Assembly (NCBI GenBank): GCA_035301645.1
Contig: DATGTX010000026.1
Coordinates: 805 to 64,804, forward strand
From: Pseudogracilibacillus sp.
GTDB taxonomy: Bacteria > Bacillota > Bacilli > Bacillales > Amphibacillaceae
Reading direction: 5' to 3'
DNA: 64,000 nt
Shown: positions 40,317 through 49,503 of the stretch, piece by piece
Numbering within the stretch: position 1 is the stretch's first letter
Layout: every line of letters starts with the position of its first letter
Made by a program: the position numbers and the translations under genes
The notes under the pieces: generated by a model
What the model was told of the DNA's origin: nothing
The model's input: only the letters and a program-made list of their open reading frames with translations
The model's database searches: none

Positions 40317-41208
40317 AATCAGCACCTACTTTTTCGATGAATATGTCATTTAAAGTTGGTTCTTCAAGTTCAAATTTCTTAATAAATTGTTCACTCTTTA
40401 GTTCAGCAAAAATCTCTTTTGATATTGCTTCATTTTCTATTTGTAATTCACAACCATTTCTAAGTGGTCTGTAAGAAACAACGCCGTTAAATTCTTTTAA
40501 ATATTCTAAATCTGATTCAGCATGGATAATTAAATTTTTCATCCCATACTCACGTTTAATATCATTTAAATTGCCTTGAACAACTGCCCGTCCTTTTTGT
40601 AAAATACATAAGTGCTCACACATTTCTTCTACAAGTGACATTTGATGTGAAGAAAAAATAATCGTTGTGCCAGATTTTTTCAAGTCATAAGTTGCTTGTT
40701 TTAACATTTCAACATTTAATGGGTCTAACCCTGAAAATGGTTCATCTAAAATAAGTAGTTCTGGTTTATGTAAAACACTCGAGATGAACTGGATTTTTTG
40801 TTGGTTTCCCTTTGATAATTCTTCTACTTTTTTATTTAAATATTGCGGTACTTCAAATTTTTCTAACCAGTATATAATCTCTTTTTCTGCGTCCTTTTTA
40901 GACATGCCACGTAAACGTCCTAAGTATGTCAATTGCTCTTTTACTTTTAATTTAGGATAAAGTCCTCTTTCTTCTGGTAAATAACCTACTATATTACTTG
41001 TTTTATGGTCTAACATTTTCCCACGCCAAGTAATATTACCTGAAGTTGCGTCAATTAAGCCTAAGATCATTCGAAATGTTGTCGTTTTACCAGCCCCATT
41101 TCCACCAAGAAAACCGAACATTTCATTTTCCGGTATCGTTAATGTCAGGGGTTGAACAGCGGTAAAATCCCCGAATTTTTTTGTTACTTTATTTAATTCT
41201 AAACTCAT
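40309..41208 (-). CDS. yhaQ: ABC transporter ATP-binding protein YhaQ
   Basis: GGNGAGKTT, GYLPEERGLY, LSKGNQQK, ILDEPFSGLD. Confidence 0.93.
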   Translation of the reverse strand: MSLELNKVTKKFGDFTAVQPLTLTIPENEMFGFLGGNGAGKTTTFRMILGLIDATSGNITWRGKMLDHKTSNIVGYLPEERGLYPKLKVKEQLTYLGRLRGMSKKDAEKEIIYWLEKFEVPQYLNKKVEELSKGNQQKIQFISSVLHKPELLILDEPFSGLDPLNVEMLKQATYDLKKSGTTIIFSSHQMSLVEEMCEHLCILQKGRAVVQGNLNDIKREYGMKNLIIHAESDLEYLKEFNGVVSYRPLRNGCELQIENEAISKEIFAELKSEQFIKKFELEEPTLNDIFIEKVGADYE

Positions 41209-41245
41209 AATGTGTCTCCTTCTCTATTTATTTTAACTAAAATTT

Positions 41246-41959
41246 CTATTTTTTAACTTTATGGTAAAGTGACATAACTATATAAATAATCAGCGGAAAA
41301 CCAATTGCCCCAATAATCATAGACAATAACATATTCACTATAAAGCTTTTTTCGCTTAATAATAACATGAGTGTTAAGACAATAAAAATAAATATAAGTG
41401 GTATAACTATTGTCATATTAACTTTTATACTTTTTTCTTCTTCTTTCCATTTAAGTTTATAAGCAGCAATTAATGTTCCAATCATAGGAATAGCAACTAC
41501 GCTAAATATAGTAGCCAAGAGGAACATAAATGAATTCAGATTTCCTGATGTCATCATAGTTAAAGACCAAGCGACAATAGTTAATAAAAGCAAAGGAACA
41601 CTGAATTTTCTTAGAGAAGAAGTTAAATTCTGATATTTATTAATTGTTGTTTCTTTATCTGTATAAATTGGTGCTGTTCCAGACTCAGCTCTAAATAGAT
41701 GAATATTACCAGCCGAAGTTACGTGAGTCCAATTAGCATCTAAAAAAAAGCTAAAATAATCCTCTTTCTCTTCTTTTTTCAACGTTTGGTAATCAATACT
41801 ATATGTGTAATTAACTTTTTCGCCTTTTTCAAGTGTATAACCCATAAAATTAAACGCTTTAACATGCCAACCTTTTAATGAATATTTATGTAATTTCTCC
41901 ATATCTTTTGCTTCAAAAAATGCTAAGCCACCTGAGGTTATAAGTTTTGTTTCCTTCAT
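41246..41959 (-). CDS. DUF2812-like membrane protein
   Basis: L.KYSLKGWH, Y.Y.IDY, Y...F.DANW.HV pattern, then 4 TM; translationally coupled to PadR gene. Confidence 0.75.
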   Translation of the reverse strand: MKETKLITSGGLAFFEAKDMEKLHKYSLKGWHVKAFNFMGYTLEKGEKVNYTYSIDYQTLKKEEKEDYFSFFLDANWTHVTSAGNIHLFRAESGTAPIYTDKETTINKYQNLTSSLRKFSVPLLLLTIVAWSLTMMTSGNLNSFMFLLATIFSVVAIPMIGTLIAAYKLKWKEEEKSIKVNMTIVIPLIFIFIVLTLMLLLSEKSFIVNMLLSMIIGAIGFPLIIYIVMSLYHKVKK

Positions 41960-42273
41960 TCTTCACTTTCCTCCAATCCCTTTTCTGCTAATTGCATGAT
42001 TAATTGTCTAACTTTCAAATTTTCTGCTAAGACGTTTTTCCCTTTTTGTGTGAGAAGATAACTTTTACGTCTTGAATCTGATTGATCATATAAATAAATC
42101 CATTCTTGCTTGAGTAGTTTCTTAATGATTGTGTACATTGAAGCGGGACCTATTACAATTTCTCCATTCGTTTTTTCTTCTATTAAATTCATTATGCCGT
42201 AACCATGATTAGGTTGTGTTAGAGTTGCCATGATATTAAACATAGAATCTGTTACTAGTTCTGTTTGCTTCAA
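41956..42273 (-). CDS. PadR-family transcriptional regulator
   Basis: HGYGIM, GPASMYT..KKL, RRKSYLLT.KG; AGAAGGTG SD favours TTG 42273. Confidence 0.92.
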   Translation of the reverse strand: MKQTELVTDSMFNIMATLTQPNHGYGIMNLIEEKTNGEIVIGPASMYTIIKKLLKQEWIYLYDQSDSRRKSYLLTQKGKNVLAENLKVRQLIMQLAEKGLEESEE

Positions 42274-42297
42274 TTCATCACCTTCTGTATGCAATCA

Positions 42298-42356
42298 ATA
42301 TATATCATATTGTGATATATTGACTAAACTATATCACAATGTGATATATATGTCTA
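42298..42356 (-). promoter_or_regulatory. Sigma-A promoter with two palindromic operators
   Basis: TAGACA-17 bp-TATAGT (extended TG); TATATCA-N5-TGATATA palindromes within 42298-42319 and 42330-42351, which are 21/22 inverted copies of each other. Confidence 0.8.
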
Positions 42357-42516
42357 TTATTATTAAAGTTTTTTATATACTTTTGGATAGGTCTTTTGGT
42401 TTTTATTTTTATTATTTATTAAACTATTAATTTGTAAGCCTTATCATTTAACTTCCAATTAGACAGATTTAATGACATAATAAGGCTAAGAAAGATTACT
42501 ATTAGGAGGTGTCTAA

Positions 42517-42702
42517 ATGAAGCATTATAACCTCACTGCTTTTGAGCGCTCTGGTGAAAAAGTTATCGACGAAGAGTTTACTGCACAAAATAACGAAGAA
42601 GCTAAGGCATGGACCCTTAGAAAGTTAGAACAAGAAGGCTTTTCCCATTTACCGCACCGTTGCGTTACTGATAACGCTAAACTTGTTTCTTTTCACAGAT
42701 AA
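42517..42702 (+). CDS. yhzD: YhzD-family protein
   Basis: Y.LTAFE..GE....E.F.A.N.EEAK, HRC, FHR C-terminus; AGGAGGT SD. Confidence 0.9.
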   Translation: MKHYNLTAFERSGEKVIDEEFTAQNNEEAKAWTLRKLEQEGFSHLPHRCVTDNAKLVSFHR

Positions 42703-42741
42703 TAAAATCCCCCTAAACAAATTGTTTAGGGGGATTTTATT
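42701..42741. terminator. Bidirectional intrinsic terminator
   Basis: AATAAAATCCCCCTAAACAA-A-TTGTTTAGGGGGATTTTATT. Confidence 0.9.
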
Positions 42742-42751
42742 ATTAAGATTT

Positions 42752-43102
42752 TTATTTCATTGAATTTTCATACGCTTCTTCTAAAGGCTTCATGATTACA
42801 GTACTAACTTCTTGAATCAACTGATTTAGTTGATGCTCATTAGCCATGAAATCATTAACAATTTCATTTTCTTTTAAAAGCTCAAATTGTTGACGTGATT
42901 CTTCGATTTCAGCTTCAGTCACTTCAATCCCTTGAGATTGTTTTTCATTCAAGCTAATTTGAAAATCACGGAATCCTTCATATAATTTACGAGCTTCCTC
43001 ATCGTCAAGCATTGCTTTAAATGATTCTTCAAATGCAGTAAATGCTTCTGATTCACGTAATTCATTTTGTACTTCTAATGATTTTTCTTCTAATTTAGAC
43101 AT
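42752..43102 (-). CDS. yheA: YlbF/YheA-family protein
   Basis: LRESE.F, FRDFQ..L..KQ.QG, M.NE..L......V...IMKPLEE.Y. Confidence 0.85.
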   Translation of the reverse strand: MSKLEEKSLEVQNELRESEAFTAFEESFKAMLDDEEARKLYEGFRDFQISLNEKQSQGIEVTEAEIEESRQQFELLKENEIVNDFMANEHQLNQLIQEVSTVIMKPLEEAYENSMK

Positions 43103-43185
43103 AAGATTAAGACACCTCCAAATTTAATGTATGCAAATCACTATAACAGACCTAAGTTTATCTGTATACTGATTCAATTTTATTT

Positions 43186-44571
43186 TTATAAAGTATGTGT
43201 CATATCTTCAGGAACAACGTATTCATCAAATTCTTTTTCTGTTAATAGACCTGATGCTATTGCTGCTTCTTTAAGCGTTGTGTTTTCGTCAAACGCTTTT
43301 TTTGCAATCTTAGCTGCATTTTCATAACCAATATGAGGATTAAGAGCCGTTACTAACATTAATGAACCGTTTAAAAACTCATCAATTTTTTCATAATTAG
43401 CTTCAATGCCACGTACCGCACGTTCTTCAAAGGACAACATACCGTCTGCTAATAATTGAGCAGATTGCAAGAAATTATAAGCAATTACAGGCTTAAATAC
43501 ATTTAATTCAAAATTACCTTGACTTGCTGCAAAACCAATTGTTGCATCGTTACCCATAACTTGGGTTACTAACATTGTCAAAGCTTCACTCTGAGTTGGG
43601 TTTACTTTCCCTGGCATAATTGAACTTCCTGGTTCATTAGCTGGGATTGTAATTTCTCCTAGGCCAGAACGAGGCCCACTTGATAACCAACGTACATCGT
43701 TTGCAATTTTCATTAAGTCAGCCGCTAAAGCTTTTAGTGCTCCATGAGCATAAACTGCTTCATCATAACTTGTTAATGAATGGAATTTATTAACCTCGGA
43801 ACGGAATGTACGGTCTGTTGATTTACTTATTTCAGCACATACACGATCTGAAAATTCTGGATGTGCATTAAGTCCTGTACCAACTGCTGTTCCGCCAATT
43901 GCTAAATCCTTTAGATGTTCAGCACTTTCATTAATCATGATTTCAGCCTTTTCCAACATACGGTGCCACCCACTCATTTCTTGCCCTAATGTAATAGGTG
44001 TTGCATCTTGTAAATGTGTCCGGCCTATCTTAACAACATCTTTAAATGCTTTTACTTTAACAGCAATTGAATCTTTTAATACTTTAACTGAGGGGATTAC
44101 CTCATCTTCTAATTTCAATACAGCTGCAACATGAAGTGCTGTCGGGTATGTGTCGTTAGAACTTTGTGATTTATTCACATCATCGTTTGGATGTAAAACA
44201 AGCTCACTGCCTTGCTCTTTCAACCATTCATTTCCTACATAAGCTAATACTTCGTTAACGTTCATGTTTGATTGGGTCCCACTTCCAGTTTGCCAAACAA
44301 CTAATGGAAAGTGTTCATCTAATTCGCCTGCAACTATTTTATCTGCTGCATATGCAATTGCATTTGATTTTTCTTCTTCTAATAAACCTAAATCGTGATT
44401 AGCTCTTGCTGCACTTCTTTTAAGTATTGCAAATGCTTTAATAATCTCTTTAGGCATTTTTTCATTCCCGATTGGGAAATTTTGTTTACTTCTTTGTGTC
44501 TGAGCACCCCAAAATTTATCAGAAGGTACTTTTACTTCACCTAGTGTGTCTTTTTCTATACGATAACTCAA
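43186..44571 (-). CDS. fumC: Class II fumarate hydratase
   Basis: [26 protein letters not shown] signature. Confidence 0.98.
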   Translation of the reverse strand: MSYRIEKDTLGEVKVPSDKFWGAQTQRSKQNFPIGNEKMPKEIIKAFAILKRSAARANHDLGLLEEEKSNAIAYAADKIVAGELDEHFPLVVWQTGSGTQSNMNVNEVLAYVGNEWLKEQGSELVLHPNDDVNKSQSSNDTYPTALHVAAVLKLEDEVIPSVKVLKDSIAVKVKAFKDVVKIGRTHLQDATPITLGQEMSGWHRMLEKAEIMINESAEHLKDLAIGGTAVGTGLNAHPEFSDRVCAEISKSTDRTFRSEVNKFHSLTSYDEAVYAHGALKALAADLMKIANDVRWLSSGPRSGLGEITIPANEPGSSIMPGKVNPTQSEALTMLVTQVMGNDATIGFAASQGNFELNVFKPVIAYNFLQSAQLLADGMLSFEERAVRGIEANYEKIDEFLNGSLMLVTALNPHIGYENAAKIAKKAFDENTTLKEAAIASGLLTEKEFDEYVVPEDMTHTL

Positions 44572-44794
44572 TTCAATTCCTCCTTGTAGGTAATTGATCC
44601 AACCTCAACTTTCATTGTAACAAATCATCTTGAATTAATGAAATCTTAAACTTAATAAGAATAGCTATAAGTAAATATACCTTTTTTAATAAATTCGTCC
44701 GTAGATTGACACTAAATTGTAAATCTTAGTTAAATTATTATGGGTTATAGGGTATATAATAGATACAAGTTATTAAACAAAGGAGTAAATAAAC

Positions 44795-45628
44795 ATGCCA
44801 ATGATTTGGACGCATATTATGTTTTCTGAAGAAGTAATTGATCAAACTGAAAAAATTGTAAACTTTACTTTAGATGAAGATTATCTAATCTTTGGCGCAC
44901 AAGGCGATAATTTATTAGAGTTTACTCCTTTTTGGTCTAAAGACAAAATCGTTTCTAATAAACATTCTTTAAAACTTGTCGCTAAAAATAGTGAAGAAAA
45001 CTTTATCAAACTGATTAAGTCAACTTCTTATACAAATAAGAAAGTTACTTCATACCTTATTGGTTACATTACTTATTGTTTTTTAGAAAAACATACTATA
45101 AAGTATATTGATTATTTCATTCAAGCCAAAGGATCGAATAAAAATACGGTTAAAACAGCAATCGACACATTATTAATGCGTCGTTATCATAATTTAGACA
45201 CGCGTAAAATACCAGTCTTCAAAGAATTTAAACTGGGCTTATATATAGATAAAGATATTAAGCATACAATGAATATAATTAATCATTATTTAGCTAACAA
45301 TCTTCAAAAAGCTTATTTTCACACACTCATAAGCTTAAGATGGCTTTTCGACCCAGTTGGGTGGAAGGCAAAAGTATTTCCGTCTTACACCCCTTTATTC
45401 GACCCGCACTTGAAATTAACTGACAACCATAATTTTTTAAATGAAAGTCATGTTATTTGGGATGAATTTAATAATGACTCTAGATCCTTTATCGAAATAT
45501 ACAATCAAGCTAAACTTGAAGCAACAAACTTTTTAAGTCATTTAGTTACGTATTGGGAGAAAAATGATGAACAAAGTTTAGATGTAGCAATTCAATTACT
45601 TAAAGATTTAAATAAAAAAACCAATTAA
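44795..45628 (+). CDS. Zinc-dependent phospholipase C-like protein, metal ligands degenerate
   Basis: MPxIWTH start, GAQG, FDP.GWK, FLN..H..W and SF.E.Y motifs of the family. Confidence 0.7.
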   Translation: MPMIWTHIMFSEEVIDQTEKIVNFTLDEDYLIFGAQGDNLLEFTPFWSKDKIVSNKHSLKLVAKNSEENFIKLIKSTSYTNKKVTSYLIGYITYCFLEKHTIKYIDYFIQAKGSNKNTVKTAIDTLLMRRYHNLDTRKIPVFKEFKLGLYIDKDIKHTMNIINHYLANNLQKAYFHTLISLRWLFDPVGWKAKVFPSYTPLFDPHLKLTDNHNFLNESHVIWDEFNNDSRSFIEIYNQAKLEATNFLSHLVTYWEKNDEQSLDVAIQLLKDLNKKTN

Positions 45629-45645
45629 AAATTAATTGGTTTTTT
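45614..45645. terminator. Bidirectional intrinsic terminator
   Basis: AAAAAACCAATTAA / TTAATTGGTTTTTT. Confidence 0.75.
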
Positions 45646-45653
45646 AGTTTGAT

Positions 45654-45884
45654 TTATTTTTTATTTATAAAATCTTGATATTTTTGGCTTAATGTTCTAA
45701 ACATTTCTTCATTTGAGGTGTCTAATGCGTAATTAATTTGTTCAACTAAGTTCGTGTGATTCCACTCATAGCATAAGTTGTCTAACGTTAACCTAGCTGT
45801 CAATTGCATCTGATATGGTATCTCGTTACGCTTCGCATGGCTAGCCTGATAGTTGGGATGACCGTTCTCTTTATGTCTTTTCAT
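45654..45884 (-). CDS. IDEAL-domain protein
   Basis: L.EQINYALD..NEE.F..LS C-terminal motif; AAGGAGG SD. Confidence 0.85.
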   Translation of the reverse strand: MKRHKENGHPNYQASHAKRNEIPYQMQLTARLTLDNLCYEWNHTNLVEQINYALDTSNEEMFRTLSQKYQDFINKK

Positions 45885-45923
45885 AAATTACGCCTCCTTA
45901 AATTTCTTACTTCTATTATGCAG

Positions 45924-45938
45924 AATTTTCTGAATAAT
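45924..45938. promoter_or_regulatory. Putative CodY box
   Basis: AATTTTCTGAATAAT, 2 mismatches to AATTTTCWGAAAATT, upstream of the IDEAL gene. Confidence 0.5.
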
Positions 45939-45951
45939 AGCAAGACGTATT

Positions 45952-46245
45952 TTACATTGTTAGTAAATAAACTGTGCCAATAGCACCTACCACAACAAAC
46001 ATAATATTAAGTCCTAAAAAAGCGAGACCAATAGCAACAATCCCTCCAATAATCCCAACCATTGGTTCATTTTCTTTTACATACAAAATTCCCGGAAAAA
46101 TCATCGACCCTAAAGCTGCATAGGGTATGGCTGATAACCATTTATTTATCCAATCTTTAAACACCATCTTTTCCACTATAAAAGCTGGAATAATTCTTGG
46201 AACCATAGTAACAAGTGACATACCTATAATAATAACAAATATCAC
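45952..46245 (-). CDS. AzlD-domain branched-chain amino acid export protein
   Basis: GM.LVT..PR, WL..IPYAALG..IFP; follows AzlC gene. Confidence 0.88.
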   Translation of the reverse strand: MIFVIIIGMSLVTMVPRIIPAFIVEKMVFKDWINKWLSAIPYAALGSMIFPGILYVKENEPMVGIIGGIVAIGLAFLGLNIMFVVVGAIGTVYLLTM

Positions 46246-46971
46246 TTACTTGTCCTCCTTTAGCAAGACCACACCACTTAGACCACCTATTAAGGTACCT
46301 AAAACAATTGCCCATCCATCACTCATAATTTGTGAGAATACAAAATTAACGGCCATTGCAACAATAACAATTAACATGACTCTCATGTTTTTCTTAATAG
46401 ACGGAACAAGTAATCCAATAAAGAGCGCATACAATGCGATTCCCATACTCTGACTTAATTGCTCAGGGATGACATTGCCTAAGACTCCGCCTACAAAACT
46501 ACCTATCACCCAAGCGAGATATCCGGTTAATATAATAGTCAGAAAAAAAACATAACCATTTTTCTTGTTAGCTTGCTCAATATTGAGAGAACTCACAGCA
46601 AAGGCTTCATCAGTCAAACCGAGCCCTAATGATACTCTACCTTTTCTGCCGATATTTGCTTGAATATTATTCATAAGTGATAAACTCATAATAAAATGCC
46701 TAAAATTCAATACAAATGTTGCCACAATTATTTCTATCGCTGAAGCACTACTAATAATCATATTAGCACCCATAAACTGACTTGCCCCTGCGTATACAAA
46801 CGCGCTCATCATTGTTAATTCTAAAATTGACATACCAGCTTGTTTAGCTAGTATGCCAAAGGTTAGAGCAACAGGGATATATCCAAGCGTAATTGGAAGT
46901 GAAGCTTGAATACCTAATTTTATCATTTTTCCGGTAGAATCTTTTACCACATTACTTGTTGTTTCACTCAA
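46246..46971 (-). CDS. AzlC-family branched-chain amino acid export permease
   Basis: GYIP...FG, YAGASQF, NFRH, LTDE.FA. Confidence 0.92.
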   Translation of the reverse strand: MSETTSNVVKDSTGKMIKLGIQASLPITLGYIPVALTFGILAKQAGMSILELTMMSAFVYAGASQFMGANMIISSASAIEIIVATFVLNFRHFIMSLSLMNNIQANIGRKGRVSLGLGLTDEAFAVSSLNIEQANKKNGYVFFLTIILTGYLAWVIGSFVGGVLGNVIPEQLSQSMGIALYALFIGLLVPSIKKNMRVMLIVIVAMAVNFVFSQIMSDGWAIVLGTLIGGLSGVVLLKEDK

Positions 46972-46989
46972 TTTTTATCACCCTGACTT

Positions 46990-47739
46990 CTAATCTTGCT
47001 CTGTTAAAATTAACGGTCCTTCTTTCGTAATAGCAAGCGTATGTTCATACTGAGCTGAACGGCCTTTGTCTTGTGTACGAGCTGTCCAATTATTACTATC
47101 CATTTGACTATGCCATGTGCCTTCATTAATCATTGGTTCAATTGTAATAACCATACCTTCTCTTAAACGCGCACCCTTATTAGGTAATCCAAAATGAGGG
47201 ATATGTGGCGGTTCATGTAATGTTGGTCCAATCCCATGTCCTGTGAAATCTCTTACAACTGAAAACCCTTCTTTTTCAGCATAAGTTTGAATAGCATGCC
47301 CGATGTCGCCTATTCGATTGCCAATTTGTGCTTGCTCTATACCAATGTATAATGCTTTTTTTGTCACTTCCATTAAACGTTTACCAGCAGGGTCTAATTC
47401 TCCTACGGCATAAGTCCATGCAGAGTCAGCAAGACCACCATTTAAGTTAACAACCATATCGATTGTGACAAGATCACCATCAACTAATTTTTGCTTACGG
47501 GGAAAACCGTGACAAATCTCATCATTGATTGAGGCACATGTTGCATACTCATATCCTTCAAAACCTTTTTGTTCAGGTGTTGCGCCATGTTCTTTTAAAA
47601 AATTTTCAACAAATGTATCTATCTCCATCGTAGTAATTCCAGGTTTAATCATTTTTGCTATTTCTTTATGTGTTTTTACTAATAAGTCACCTGCTAATTT
47701 CATTTGTTCTATTTCGCGTTTACTTTTACGTGTAATCAA
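46990..47739 (-). CDS. map: Type I methionine aminopeptidase
   Basis: S.NDEICHG.P, ADSAWT, TGHGIG..LHE, TIEPM, SAQYEHT. Confidence 0.97.
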   Translation of the reverse strand: MITRKSKREIEQMKLAGDLLVKTHKEIAKMIKPGITTMEIDTFVENFLKEHGATPEQKGFEGYEYATCASINDEICHGFPRKQKLVDGDLVTIDMVVNLNGGLADSAWTYAVGELDPAGKRLMEVTKKALYIGIEQAQIGNRIGDIGHAIQTYAEKEGFSVVRDFTGHGIGPTLHEPPHIPHFGLPNKGARLREGMVITIEPMINEGTWHSQMDSNNWTARTQDKGRSAQYEHTLAITKEGPLILTEQD

Positions 47740-47805
47740 ATAACTTCGCCCTCTCTGTATATCTATAACTTTAAACAGTCTACAGTTTATTTTACGCTTT
47801 TTATC

Positions 47806-47851
47806 AAAAAAAAGCTAACCAACACTATTTGTTTGAGTGTTCGTTAGCTTT
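47806..47851 (-). terminator. Intrinsic terminator after fadH
   Basis: AAAGCTAAC.AACACT / AGTGTT.GTTAGCTTT with T run on the minus strand. Confidence 0.8.
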
Positions 47852-47867
47852 AAATGAATGGCTTAGT

Positions 47868-48635
47868 TTAGAATGGCATTGGATTTAACCACTGTCCTCC
47901 GTCCATTGTCACAACTTCTCCATTTATGTAAGCGGCATCATCTGAAAACAAGAAAAATGCCAATCCTGCTATTTCTTCAGGCGTACCAAATCTTTTTAAT
48001 GGGATTGACTCACGTGTTTTTTCAGCCATATCTTCAGATAACATTAATTTTTCTGCTCCGCCTGTACGCTCAATTGGACCGGGTGCTATTGCATTTGTTC
48101 GAATACCAAAGCGCGTTCCCCATTCAACTGCTAATGTGCGTGTTAAGCTTAATACACCAGCTTTAGCTGCTGCACTATGTGCTACACCCGCGCCTGCATC
48201 CCAAGCATAAGTTGCTACCATATTTATAACTGATCCTTTATGTTCAGTCTTTATCCAATGCTTACCTACAGCTTGGCTACAATAAAATGTTCCGTTTAAA
48301 ACGATATCAATAACTGAATTCCATCCATTTGGTGATAGATCTTCAGCTAAAGCAATAAAGTTACCTGCCGCATTATTTACTAAATGATCAATTTGACCAA
48401 ACTTTTCAACCGTTTCACTTACCATACGATCGATATCCTCTATATTTCTTACATCCATAACGAAAGGATGGACAATTCCTGTTGCTGTTTTTTCAATTTC
48501 TGCTTTAGCCTCTGCTAATCTTTCTTCATTTCTTCCTGTCATGACAACAGTCGCACCTTCATTTGCGAATCTTTGAACCATAGCTTTTCCCATACCACTA
48601 GAACCACCTGTTACAATAACTACTTTACCCTTCAT
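47868..48635 (-). CDS. fadH: 2,4-dienoyl-CoA reductase (SDR)
   Basis: TGGSSGMG, NNAAGNF, HSAAAKAG, LAVEWG, IAPGPIE. Confidence 0.93.
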   Translation of the reverse strand: MKGKVVIVTGGSSGMGKAMVQRFANEGATVVMTGRNEERLAEAKAEIEKTATGIVHPFVMDVRNIEDIDRMVSETVEKFGQIDHLVNNAAGNFIALAEDLSPNGWNSVIDIVLNGTFYCSQAVGKHWIKTEHKGSVINMVATYAWDAGAGVAHSAAAKAGVLSLTRTLAVEWGTRFGIRTNAIAPGPIERTGGAEKLMLSEDMAEKTRESIPLKRFGTPEEIAGLAFFLFSDDAAYINGEVVTMDGGQWLNPMPF

Positions 48636-48658
48636 TAATAATCTCCCCCATATAATTG

Positions 48659-48676
48659 TGAATGGTTATTCATTTT
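48659..48676 (-). promoter_or_regulatory. FadR (YsiA) operator upstream of fadH
   Basis: Minus strand AAAATGAATAACCATTCA vs Bacillus consensus TGAATGANTANTCATTCA (13/16). Confidence 0.75.
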
Positions 48677-48734
48677 AATTTAATAACAGTGTATCAAACT
48701 TAATAAGAAAAAGACATACCTTTATAAGATATGT

Positions 48735-49493
48735 CTAAATATAATCAGTTATGTCATAAATCTCTCCATTTTTTATACCTGATTCGTTAGTCAATATATC
48801 TACTAATACACCCCCTACTATATCTGTATCTTTTAATAGGTTGCTTTTTTTATAGTCTTTAAAATTTTCAACTTCAATAAAAGCTTCTTTGTCTTGCTCT
48901 CTAATATGTTTTTGCATATCTGTGTCCATGACACCTGGACTAAAAGCAAATATTTTATTATGTGTTTTTAACTGGTCTTGTTCTTTACCAACTGTGTTGG
49001 TGTAAGCATTAATACTCGCTTTTGCACTTCCATACGCACTCCAACCATAAACTGCTTTGTGGGCTGCTCCACTCGTAACATTTGCAATAACGAGTGAGTA
49101 ATCAGATAAGTCATTAAATTTTAAAAATGTATTAGTTATCATCATTGGTGTCAGTGTGTTTATTTGAAAATGTTTTATTAATTTTTCTGAATCAATTTCT
49201 TTTGCTTGATTCATTGGTTCTAAAATTCCTGCGTTGTTAACGATATAAAAAGTAGAGACTTCATACTGATTTATTAGATTATTTGCCTGCTTGATCATTT
49301 CTTCAACAGCATTTGGGTTTGTTAAATCTACATTTAAATGAAAATAATTCATTTTTAAATCTTCTGCTTTATTTTTTAGTTTTGAGTTTTCTGTTCTTGA
49401 AACACCGATTACATGAACATTTGATTCTAATAAAAAATTAGCAACTGACTCACCGAGCCCTTTTGAAGTACCTGTTACAAGTGCGAATCTCAT
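48735..49493 (-). CDS. yueD: Benzil reductase-like SDR, YueD
   Basis: TGTSKGLG, NNAG, SGAA..YGWSAYGSAK, PGVMDTDMQ..IR. Confidence 0.88.
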   Translation of the reverse strand: MRFALVTGTSKGLGESVANFLLESNVHVIGVSRTENSKLKNKAEDLKMNYFHLNVDLTNPNAVEEMIKQANNLINQYEVSTFYIVNNAGILEPMNQAKEIDSEKLIKHFQINTLTPMMITNTFLKFNDLSDYSLVIANVTSGAAHKAVYGWSAYGSAKASINAYTNTVGKEQDQLKTHNKIFAFSPGVMDTDMQKHIREQDKEAFIEVENFKDYKKSNLLKDTDIVGGVLVDILTNESGIKNGEIYDITDYI

Positions 49494-49503
49494 TTTACCC
49501 CTC

